The notes beneath the pieces were generated by a model. It had not been told where the DNA came from. It did not search any database and worked only from the letters and a program-made list of their open reading frames with translations. 64,000 nucleotides of DNA from the human T2T-CHM13v2.0 reference genome, Homo sapiens: NCBI RefSeq assembly GCF_009914755.1, contig NC_060942.1; one strand, given 5' to 3'. Of the stretch, positions 49,317-64,000 are shown piece by piece. The position numbers were made by a program, and so were the translations under genes. How positions within the stretch are numbered: the stretch's first letter is position 1; the number at the start of each line of letters is the position of its first letter.

Positions 49317-50037
49317 CTGTTGGCAAGAGGGAGACAGAGGAGAAGGGTTTGGAGGGCTGCTCTCTTCTGTTCCTAGCTTCCTGTCTTGATTACCGATAGG
49401 AAAATACTGTTTTCTGGTTTATGCACTGGAGAACTTTGCAATGGAAAGCCAGAAATTTTAAGCAAACACTCTTTAAAGACTTTCTAAATGGTTGGATTAA
49501 AAAATAGAGAGAAAAAGAGAGAAAGGCAGACAGACAGACAAACATACAGAAAAGAATAGACTATCGTGTAGAAAAAAATCAGGAAATAACAGAGACTGTG
49601 ACAATTGAGCACCCCTTTACAATCTCTATTAATGATGAATACGACTGTTACATTGCTACACTGCACAGTGGACTAATCTCTGAAATCAAACAACTGACTC
49701 TTTTGTCATGCATAATTAGATAAGCTAGGAAAGCAAAAGAAATAACAGATGACGGGCGTACTCTTCCGAGGACTAAGCTGAGGCCCCCTCCATCCACTAG
49801 GTAAACATGCATACTCACACAACACAACTCCAGTTTTCAGCTCACATTTGGCTTTAAAATTCTAAACAAAACACAGCAATTCTGGTGTCTGGTTGGCAAA
49901 GAGTGTTTCATGTACTTTTTAAATCCTTCTGTAAATTAAACAAACATGTCTCTAAAATATCCACATTTACCAACAAGCAACAACATGAAAGTGAAGTGGT
50001 AAAAATTAAACCACACTTGGAGTGTGGCAGGACTCAC

Positions 50038-50217
50038 ATTAAAAGCTTTCAGCCGCTCGGCTTCAACGCCGTCTGTCTCATTAACTTTCTCCGAATCGTC
50101 ATGGTCCTCGTGGTCATCTTCGTCCTCATCTCCCCTGTTTAGTGAGAGGTCCTCAGCTCCTCGGTCTACACTCTCATTTTTGCCAGAGTCATAGCTGGAG
50201 TAACTATGTGCAGGAGA
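50038..50217 (-). CDS. NOL4: NOL4 internal coding exon (probably exon 7), 180 nt, phase 0/0: SPAHSYSSYDSGKNESVDRGAEDLSLNRGDEDEDDHEDHDDSEKVNETDGVEAERLKAFN
   Basis: Minus strand acceptor cttctcttttcag|TCTCCT (AG = plus ct 50218-50219) and donor AAT|gtgagt (plus ac 50036-50037); acidic peptide recognised as NOL4; CpGs retained against a CpG-poor background. Confidence 0.96.
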
Positions 50218-51735
50218 CTGAAAAGAGAAGGTGAAATAACTGCTTTTAAATTCATTGCACAAGCTTATAAGTTTTATGTTTCATCTTTAATTTCAACTGT
50301 TTCTCAAAAATCTTGTTTATGAGTTGATAACTCTAGAGCTGTGGTGATTTTAGTTTAAATAAAAATTAATTCAAATTAAATTAAAATTTCATTTCCTTGG
50401 TCACGTCACACTAGTTACATTGCAAGTACTCGTTAGCTGCATGGAACGTTTCCTTCACTGCAGAAAGTTTTATTGAACTTAGCTATGCAAGAGCAATTAG
50501 TGTTTCCTCTCAATACTCATATTCCAAATAAAAAAGCAATCTGTAATCGATTTTGCAAGGGAATCATTGAGTCACATATTCTTAGAACTTAATATGACCT
50601 CAGAGCATTGTCAATATTAGTACTAGTATTACACTTTATATAATATTGTATTATATCATATCAGTATTATGCTAACTTTATTAGTATTCTTTAAACAGTT
50701 ATGGAAACTGAGGGATGTTCAATTAACTTACCCAGCAAGAGCTATACAAAATATTATTGACTATTAGTTATTAGTTAACATGCTTTAAAATAAATGTATT
50801 AATTGTCTATGAGTCTTAAGAGGTCATCTGATTTGGGTTTAGAAAATGGGAACCGGGTTTCTTCCTAATCCTCTGTTAAGTTTAATGTTTCTGGATTCTA
50901 ACACCATTCAAAAGACACAACAAATTTAAAGCAAGAACAATTAAATAATAGTGACACATATTTCCATGTAAAAATAATTAAACATCTGAAAAATTGAAAA
51001 TGTTTAACAGTTCATTTTCACATGAAACAGCTGATAGATAGCCTTCGTAGAGCCTCCGTTGTCAGAATACAATGCATAAGTATATCTACATGTTAATGGG
51101 GCTGTTTAAAATAAATAAACTGGCTTTGATCACTTTTCATTTTGGGATTACACTTATTCCAAATATTTTCTCTTGGGACCCTCTAGGATTATTCCAGAGT
51201 AAGTTTGGAAGAGTGACCTGGAAATACAGAAAATCCAAGTATATGGTGTGATAAGGAGCTTGAATCAGCCATGTACAGCATAACCACAAACTATTTTATA
51301 TACTCTTTGAGACCATAACATTGATCAATCTTCTTAGCATATTCTAGGTAGTTTTGATAAGATACTAAACTAAGATGTAATCAAATTTAAAAATGAGTAT
51401 TCTCTATTTATTTCTGTTTCATGATATAAAAGATATTTTTTGAGACATCACATACAATAAAGCAAATAATGAAGCAAGTGAGAGGTAAAGAGAAGAAATT
51501 AGTACTTAGAACAACTGCATACCTAGTCAATTGGTTCCCTTAAGCTTCATAGCAACCTGGTGAGAAAGGATTACCCTCCAGATTCTACAGATAAGGAAAC
51601 AGCTTTAGAACATCTAAACAACCTCTTCTTATCTAAAGAATGAGATTATATAACTACTGTGTGAACCTAGGTCTGCCTAAGAGCTAAGAGTGATCACATA
51701 AGGTTTTCTCCTCGATATGAAGTTTTTCTTTCTAA

Positions 51736-51778
51736 GTGTGTGTGTGTGTGTGTGTGTGCGTGTATGCACATGTGTGTA
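51736..51778. repeat. (GT)n microsatellite with imperfect extension
   Basis: About 11 pure GT units followed by alternating purine-pyrimidine sequence. Confidence 0.95.
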
Positions 51779-52955
51779 TAATTGAAAGAACATAAAATAT
51801 GCATTGGTTTATGTACATGTTAATCTTTAAACAAAATATTTTATAAGTGATTTCCCCTAAAACTGCTATTCCACCTAAATAAATTGGATACATTATTTAC
51901 ATTTTCTTATAGAACAGTAAGCTGCAATTTATAAATCTTGAGTAAGAAGAATTATCACTTGCTATAAAATTTCCACATATAATAGAATCTATTTAAATAA
52001 TTTATTAGTGCTTCATACACAGTTTTGCTTATTTGTTTTGCTGGATAAAGTAGAATAAAGATACACTATTGTAATCAAATGCAGATAATTACAGTTTCTT
52101 AAATACAAAACATCTATAGAAGGAAATAGTGACAAGCTTTCTTTTTTCAACTTAGGACTAAACATATTCTGGAATATATTTATTTTAGGAAAAATATATA
52201 TTTAAGAGAATAAACTCTTAATAAACAGCAATAACATACAACTTTTAAGACCAACATGGTTAGTAGTAATTTCTAAAATCTCCTGCTCCAACTCCAAGTA
52301 TCTATCTCAAAGTCAATCATTTCTTCCCTCAGCAAACCTTTACATTAAGTATCACTACACATTTGGTTTTGTGCCAAGATACTCTGCCACAGAGCAATTT
52401 TCATTCAACAAAGTATTTATGGGCAGCTATTATGCATCAGGCACTATTCTAAGCCTTTTAAATATATGACTCATTTACAATGAACTGGTTAAGTGATTTT
52501 CCCAATGTCACATAGCTAGCAAGTGAAAAAGGATCTGAACCCATGCAGTTTGGCTCTGAGTTTATCATCTTAACACTATTCTATGCTGTCTCTATAGCAT
52601 GACTACTTATGAGGTTATTGTTATAATATCAGTAGAAATCAATTCCTAAGGCACTGTATTTCTTGACACCAACTTTTAAAATAGAAGTACCTCTGTGACA
52701 AGACATATTAAACCCATTTCATTATTTAACATCTAACTATGAATTTCCCCTGAGCCAATCTAATAGAATATATGTATTTTATATGGGCTGGAGCCTATTT
52801 AATAATGTTTTGTATTAATGAAGCATCTTAAAATTTACATGGAGCTTTAACCTTGACATAATAACTTCACAGAAGAACTAGTATTAATATATTAATATAT
52901 TACATTATAAATGGTTTCAAATATATACATAATAATAATAAATGATATTAATATA

Positions 52956-53428
52956 TCTGACAGTTAGTTTTATGTGTCAACTTGACAGGATGACACGGTG
53001 TCCAGGTATTTGGCTATCCATTATTTCCAGGTGTGTCTGTGAGGATACTTCTGGATGAGATTGGCAGTGGAAGTGGTGGATTCACTAAAACGGATTGTTC
53101 TTCACAGTGTGTGTGTAGGGTGGGTGAGGGGAGGGCCTAAGGGCATAATCCAGTGTCTTGAGGGCCTGAATAGAATACAAAGCAGAGGGAAGGAAAATTT
53201 GCCTATTCTGCCTGACTGCTGAGCTAAGAGACTTACTGAGAATTCTGAGTCCCCTGGTTCTTAGGGCTTCAAACTTGAACTGAACTCCACCACTGGCTTT
53301 CCTGGATATTCAGCTTGCAGATAGCAGATCATGGCACTTCTCAGTCTCCATAATCTCATGAGCCAATACTTTATTCTATATATTATATATCTTATTGATT
53401 CTGTTTCTCTGGAGAACCCTGAGTAGTA
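52956..53428 (+). mobile_element. MLT2 (ERVL) solo LTR
   Basis: ttttatgtgtcaacttgac start, gagggcctgaatagaa, ttctgtttctctggagaaccctgag end. Confidence 0.88.
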
Positions 53429-53739
53429 ATTATATTATTCACATTATCAATGACTTCATTAAGGCTCAGTTAATTTAACTTGATGAGATAACCTCCGACA
53501 CTGAGAAGAGTGGTAGAGAAGTTAAGTAGAGGCCATCCATTCATCACTGGGCTGGTAACACTACACAGGATTTCAGCATTGGAGGATCATGGGAGTTAGC
53601 AAAAGAAATGAAAATGTTGAGTTTTGGAATCTCAGTGGATTGCCAAAGTAGAAGGAGAAAGGCAAGTGTGTAAAGGAAGATGAATGCCAATCCAGACAAT
53701 TTTCATTAACTTCTATAATTGTGTCCAAGACCAACCACG

Positions 53740-54090
53740 GGGCCTGTTATGGTATCTCCTACTTGTTTGCTGGCCCAGCACCTTTTTCTTTCAGAAATGG
53801 CCCCTCGCTCTACCAGGTAAAATTGCCAATCCCTTGGGTACCAACCTTCTCTATGCTAAGCATGCATCTTTGCCTCTACGTGAGATGGCTGGCCTGAGTC
53901 AAATCAAGCTGAATCCAGCAGAGCTAAGGAGCATAGAGTCGTGATAGCATCATTTGTGCATCTAGATCTCACTATTACTGAAATTAAGCCCTGGACCCTT
54001 AAGTTGTATAATACCATACATCCTCCACCCACCCACATGCTTTTAAATTTTGCTTAAATTTGAGTTTCAGTCACCTGAGATTGAATCTGG
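53740..54090 (+). mobile_element. Old MLT1-like LTR remnant
   Basis: Degenerate MaLR-like motifs ending tttgcttaaatttgagtttcagtcacctga. Confidence 0.4.
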
Positions 54091-56235
54091 AGTGGCACAG
54101 CCACCAATCATTAGAAGCCAGATTAACAATATAGATTTCACACATGATCATTCAAATATATAGATGGCCCCAGCCAAATGAATAATACTATCTTTGTAAG
54201 CAGCAGGAGATATTCTCGAATCTACCAACAAAGTAAAATGATAGTGAATAACCTTTATGAAGGGAAAATTTAAATTGACAGTGTTCAAAACTGCCTCCAT
54301 GCAATGATAACATATGTGTAGCATGCTTTAAGGATCATACTAACATATCATAACTATATAGTCAGTGGAGGAATAATAAAACTAGAACAGATCTCTGACA
54401 TTAACAGTAAAGTTAAATTTTAAAAATCAGCATAATATCTTTACAGTTCACATCATTAACAAGGTGGAATTAGCTAATAAAATATATTAAGGAAAATATT
54501 CCATAGGTTTGAAAAGTCTATCTTTTTAAATCTAAAATGTAATAAGCATAATATATTTTGAATGGCAATGTGAAATATTTAAAAATGTTACAATATGGTT
54601 ATTTGAATGCAAATATTCTGGGCTAATTCATTCAATGCAGCTGTTTGATGGACACAGAACCAGTTGGAACAGTAAAAAATGTATAGCCCTGTTTACTCAA
54701 GTTTTAAAGAACGTGCAATCTTGCAGATCTGAAAATATTCAGGATCTAAATCTCAAGGATGATTGATGTTATTTTGCTCTACAAAACAAACTGAAATTTT
54801 TATAACTGAATTCTGCTTTTCAGCTGGATTATCATTTCTTGCCTCTCTTACCATTTAGGACCTATCATTTAAGGCCGAATTAAGTTCACTTTCCACAAAG
54901 ATTCCAGCTTCTACCCTAGTCTACTTCAATCTTTCCCTAAACTGTGAAGCCAAGTTACTTAATTTGACACAGATTTAAACACTATAATTGTTCTCTACTT
55001 TCCATATTAATTTGCATTTTTCTTCAAACTAGTCTGAGATAAGAACCAACACATATCCCTCACAGAATCCAAGACATGAGCTTTACAGATTGCAATTCAA
55101 GACTGACTATAATTTCTCTTTTTTCTATAAAACTATTTGGTTTTCATAAATGGGGGAATGTGAGTATTGGAATGGTATCATAGGCTCAGGGAATACAAGT
55201 TACTATAGGTCTCCAAATAACCCATATAATATATGGCAGCCATTTGCCCCATAAGCCTGCCTTGCCTTAATAAGAACTTTGGATGACTATAGCCTAGGAA
55301 ACCTTCATTTCAGGTGCAATTGTTTTCTTACTTCAAGTATAAACCTAAAAAAATCCAAACCAGAACTAAAATAAAGATCCAAAGTTATTAAAGAACCACA
55401 ATTTAGGCTCTATGGAAGATGGATACATGCTTATCCTCAAAACACAGGTGTTGGCTTATGGGGATAAGGGTAGATTTTTGCCTTAGCTATATACTTTGCT
55501 TATTCCTCCCATGATAAAACGTGGCTTTCCTCAGCAAAGAGGCTTCTGAGAATACATTTGACCTTTCCTTTTCTCAAATTTTCCCATCCCAATAGAACTG
55601 CCAGCATTAGGCCTTGAAAATTCCCACTTGAAGGAAACGTGACCTGTTTGCTTATCTGTAGTCAGAGCCTAGGATGGCTCAGATAGCAACACCACAGTGC
55701 TTGGTGTTAGACACAGCTGCGGTTGGGAGCTGTGTCTGATATTTGCAGCCAGTGGAAAAAAGGCGAACCTGTGTTTCCTCATTATGTCCTAAATGAGGGA
55801 AGAACACATGAATTCAGTGCCAGGTGTCTATGCTTTCACGTGCTTTGCATATCTATGTCACAGCAGTGATCGTAAGGTATCATGCAAACGAGTTTATATG
55901 TTCATATTCCATGCAGTCTGAGAGTTACTTGAGGGGAGAGTCACATAGGCACCTTTCATCTTTATAACATTGCACAATGCCAAACACATAGAAGGAATAA
56001 AGTAAACGTTTTCTGAGTGAGTGACTGATTACACTTTTGAGTTACACTGAAGATGATTTAATTTTTTAAATTGCAATTTTAAAAACTATCTTATATTTCC
56101 TTTAAAAAATATCAGTTATTCATCAGTGAGTTTACAAGCAATGTCAGTATCATTATAAGTGTAATGATCTAGCACTGTGTGTCTTCTGATATTATATGAA
56201 GCACATGGCACTACTCAAGAAGTAAACTCACCATC

Positions 56236-56353
56236 AAGAAAGAAAGAAAGAAAGAGAGAAAGGAAAAAAAAGAAAAGAAAGAAAAGAAAGGACAGAAAAG
56301 AAAGAAAAGAAAGGAAGGAAGGAAGGAAGATAGGAAGGAAGGAAGAGAAAGAG
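56236..56353. repeat. Compound purine STR (AAAG/AAAAG/AAGG)n
   Basis: About 118 nt of near-pure A/G. Confidence 0.95.
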
Positions 56354-56385
56354 TGAGAAGTTGAACCCAAACTTTAATCTAGAAA

Positions 56386-56561
56386 CAGTGGTTCTCAAAA
56401 TGTGCTGGTTGCACTAGCAGGATCAGCATCTCCTGGAAACCTCCTAGAAATGCAAAGGCTCAGCTCCCTCCCAAGATCAACTTTGGATGTAGGCCCAGCA
56501 ATCTGTGTTTTAACATGACCTCCATGAGATTCTGAGGCACAGTCAAGCTTGAGAACCACTT
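56386..56561 (+). mobile_element. MER5A (hAT-Charlie)
   Basis: TIRs cagtggttctcaaa ... ttgagaaccact; core gcccagcaatctgtgttttaaca. Confidence 0.9.
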
Positions 56562-57002
56562 GTCTGGAGCTAAATTCCATTTGTAAGAAAAATGGCAGAG
56601 AGAGAAGTTAAATCACACCAGAGAAAGCACACAGGTAAATCCAAAATATGAGACATTGGGCAGGGCAATTGACCTTGGTTTTGCAACAATTTACTGATAG
56701 AGAAATAAGATATATTAAAGGAGATTTAAGAGATATAATCAAATAAAATGTGTAACCCTTGCTTGTATTATGATTCAAAGAAACCCAAAGCAAGAGACAT
56801 TTTTTGAGAAAAGTAAAAATATTCTATTATAGATGAGGAAAATATATAGTAACATGGAATTATTAATTTTTGTTAGATGTAATACCTTAACATTTGGTTA
56901 AGTAAATATGTAACAAAATATCCACACTTGTTAGAGATACAAGTTAAGATATGGAGATGATACGACAAGAATGCCTGAGATATGCTTTAAAATACTATAG
57001 AA

Positions 57003-57681
<679 letters not shown>

Positions 57682-58091
57682 AAAATACTACAGAAAAAAA
57701 GTTAAAAAGTTAAAAAATGTGGGAAAGTCTTAAACACTGTTCAGTTTAGGTGATGAGTACTACTGGTTCATTGTAGTCTCTATTTTAAAATATATTTTAT
57801 ATTTTCAAAATAAAATTTAAGTTTATAAATGTTGTGATTGATTTTATATCCCCTCTGTTTTGACTATTTCTATATTAACTTATTCAACAACATTTAAGAA
57901 GCACTACTTCATGTTTAGAGCATTGTTTTAGGTTCACATGATTGGATGAATCCACATTTTGTAAAGCCTGAAAGTTATAAAATTTAGAGAGGGGGCTGTT
58001 TTGAAACATTAGATTAAAAAGTTACTATTTATTTAAGATGAGGAGAATAACCACAAATTACAAAATTTTTGAAAGCTTCTAAATATATAAA

Positions 58092-60590
<2,499 letters not shown>

Positions 60591-61767
60591 TCTTCTAAGT
60601 GCCACAAGCAACACAAATGCAAAAATAAATGACATTTTCCCATTTTTCTTGGCTGCATGCTCTTTGACTGCTTCTTCATACGACAACAGTTATGTAGTAA
60701 TATATTCTATTGAAAGAATAGAAAAATAATTCAGTCTTTATTCTGTCTAATGAAAATGTCTTTTATTCTTGACAGTTTATGTTTTTTACTGTTCAAATTA
60801 ATTATTGCTAATATCATGCAAACTGTTAGATTATGTTTAGTTTGGGGAAACCTTTAATCAAGTTCCTTTCATGTCTGAACCATGAGATTTCAGGACATTT
60901 TAAGTTTCCCTGCGCAGTGATTGATGCCTTCATTAAAGCAGCGTTTATGAGTCTTATGTTTTCTTCATTGATATCAATATTTTTTGTCAAATCCAACATG
61001 CAACTTAAATCTTCTCGCAATATGATAATATAATTCATTCCTCTTCATTAATTCTATTATTTCTTCCTCCTAAAGAAATATTACCTTCGATATGGACTGA
61101 AGTTTATTGCAACTCACTTCTCATTATCAGAGAAATATTCTTTATATTTCACTTTTCATCTTTATTTTTTTCATATTACATTAGCACTTTATCTGAATGT
61201 GCTCTCAATCTTGTATTAAATAAATAGACAACAAAATGATGTAGGCTTCTTCATATATTTCCAAATTAGGAGTCTGTAATTTCTCAGCTTTTTCCAAAAG
61301 GTCAAAATTGAAATTGCAGTTTAAATGTCACATTCCACTGTGTGAAGGGCACACAAGATATCTTTTTATTATTACTTAACAACTGCATGTGAATCTGCAA
61401 TTATTCATTTGTATAACCATAGATGGTATATGGTATCTGGTTTACTCATTTACCATTTTGTATATGCTTTCCCATTATTTACATTAATTCTTCTTAATCA
61501 ATTTTGGACAAATAAGTCACATTTGACATTGCATTTTGACATTTTTCCAGTGCTTGTCCAAAAAAAAAAAAAAAAGATCAAATTTAACAATTACTTTGAA
61601 GATTCCCATGAAATTGTCATTTAAAAATAAATCCTTTTATCATAACCTGCCAATGAAAATCTCTTCCGCTTAATAATTTTTAAACCTCAGCTACATTTTT
61701 TAGGCACTTCAAAATGATAGAGAACATTATTTTAAGCCTTGTTTTTCAAGATATTGTCTGGCTAGAG

Positions 61768-61935
61768 CAGTGTTATTTTCATTTTGTCATGCGTTGAAAT
61801 CGCCCAAAGGACTTGGTAAAACAAGTTACTGGACCCATTCAGTAGGTCTACAGTGGGGTCCAAGAATTTTGATTTCTAGCGAGAGCCCAAGTGATGCAGC
61901 TCCTGAAAGTCTGAGGAACACACTTTGAGTTCTTA
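61768..61935 (-). mobile_element. MER5A-like
   Basis: ttcagtaggtct..gtggggtccaagaattt..atttctagc..cccaagtgatgc..cacactttgag. Confidence 0.75.
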
Positions 61936-62410
61936 GTGTTTTTGTTTGATTTACATGTAATTCAAATAAGTATAGCCATTATGAGCTCCATGGAATCTTC
62001 ATGATATTTGAGAGTTCTTAATATATTTATCCATTCTAAAAACCCAGATATGTAATATTTGTCTTGTTGAAAATATTGTAGTTTACAACAAAACAGTATA
62101 TATGACCTTTGGTTTTTAAATAAACTGGTCAGTATCTCATCAGTTTGACACTTTATTTTTATCTTTCCCATAAAATATGGTTGAAAAAATTGTTTATTAA
62201 TGTTTTGTTGAATCTTTGACATACTGACATTTTTAAGCTTATGCCAGTCTTTCATTATTTTGGCTTCATGTGACATACTTACTTTCTTTTATGTATGAAT
62301 TGTAGAATGACCAATGATTCTGAAGAAATACACAAAATTATTATAAAATTAAGGCCTATAATTCAAATAATAAGGCCTATACTTTAAAAATTAAAAGTTT
62401 TAAACTGTAG

Positions 62411-62466
62411 GATCACATTATTCTCATAACTTATACAGATCACATTATCCTCATAACTTATACAGA
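62411..62466. repeat. 27-bp tandem duplication (2 copies, 1 mismatch)
   Basis: gatcacattat(t/c)ctcataacttataca x2. Confidence 0.93.
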
Positions 62467-62527
62467 ATGTTAGATAAATCTATATATAGAACTTTCGTTA
62501 CTGGAAAACTTACTTCTTCAAGCTATT

Positions 62528-62566
<39 letters not shown>

Positions 62567-62570
62567 GTGT
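62528..62570. repeat. (TG)n microsatellite
   Basis: About 21 dinucleotide units with two TA interruptions. Confidence 0.95.
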
Positions 62571-63684
62571 CAGTGGCAACTTTGTATGTTATTTCTCTCG
62601 GAGTTTCCAGGCCTCATCTGGACAATTATATGTTTGATACAATATGCTGAGAGAAATTCGATAGGTGAGATCCATACAATGTGTGAAAAGAGTGTTAGGT
62701 GTTCTCGGGCCTGCTATGAGTTTATGTCATGCAAACACAAGAATTCAGATAAAGTCTTTTGTGTGGGATTCCAATAAAAGAAGGAAAAGGTGGTGTGCTT
62801 ATTCAATATTTCTTCAAAGGACAGACCTTTTCATTTTGACTAGGTGTCGGTGAGATACAAATTCTACATTTTGTATTTTACATGTATAATAATTGGAAGA
62901 ACGTGAAAGAATGTTTTTCATTCTAAACTATGGCTGAAAACAGTTCAGTTTTTGTTTCTCCTGTTTCCATTTCCCTTATACTTTCATACCAGGAATAATA
63001 GCACATGTTCATATCAGAATCTGTAATCCCAAACACCTGTGTGGCATAATGCAGTTACGTTTGTTGGTTGAAATATTTCTGGAAGTTATTCCTATATTGG
63101 GATGATTAGCAGCAACTCAAATGCATACAGAAGTGACAGTGAACCTTCTCTTTTCCTCCATTGTTTTGTAGAAAGTGTTCTGTGTATGAGAATTTTGCAG
63201 TTGGATCTGTCCTTTACAAGATAGGAAAATGATCAAATGAGAAGAAAAAAAGGACATTATTCAGAGATCCTAGACTTGAAACTGTTTACAATAACAATGA
63301 AATTTTGAGGTGATGTATTTTTGTAGAGGGGTCATATTTTCAGTTTACTCTTGTGAACTGCATTTTACAAAGGAAGTATTTCTAATTTTTAGAACTGTAA
63401 GTGATGTTGGGAGACCTAAGAGAAAATGTACAGTTCTAGGGGTAATTACTAGTGCTCAGTCTTAAAGTACTTTCATCAGGTAACTTCTGCAAAGTAAACC
63501 GGGGCACTGTTCCTGCCTGCAAAGGTTCCAAGCCTGATTCTCCACCCCTTCCAGAGATTACTTTATATAAATATTTTTTTTTCTGCTGTAATAAGCCTGT
63601 TGTCTACAGCTAAAATTTATGAATCCTACAAACATCAGACTCTTTGATGTGTAAATTAACATTTGAACCAAAAATACTTTTTTA

Positions 63685-64000
<316 letters not shown>

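Noticed and set aside
49065-50262. ORF-track extensions beyond the NOL4 exons (VSFELK..., MCNEFK..., VSPATL...)
   Set aside because: They run through consensus splice sites into intron; only 49125-49316 and 50038-50217 are coding.

Overview
AT-rich, CpG-poor primate (human/great-ape-like) genomic DNA lying entirely inside the neural gene NOL4, which is transcribed on the minus strand. Three internal coding exons are present with canonical AG/GT sites: 50038-50217 (180 nt), 49125-49316 (192 nt) and 34584-34697 (114 nt, missed by the ORF track). From recall these are probably exons 7-9. The rest is intron filled with interspersed repeats: about 10 Alus, a twin-primed L1PA, an L1PB, a full-length Tigger1, MER2/MER5, MaLR/ERVL LTRs, L2 and MIR. 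I see no evidence for a new multi-gene system. The most notable observations are: a very young 5'-truncated AluY with a perfect TSD that forms a close inverted Alu pair; an L1 5'-inversion with an unusually long (~216 bp) duplicated arm; a ~114-bp codon-biased, apparently mRNA-derived fragment in an old MLT1 internal region; a 35-nt U2 snRNA pseudogene; and three phase-0 exons bracketed by inverted repeats (skipping/circRNA potential). Repeat subfamily calls are by eye from remembered consensus sequences, not from a RepeatMasker run.
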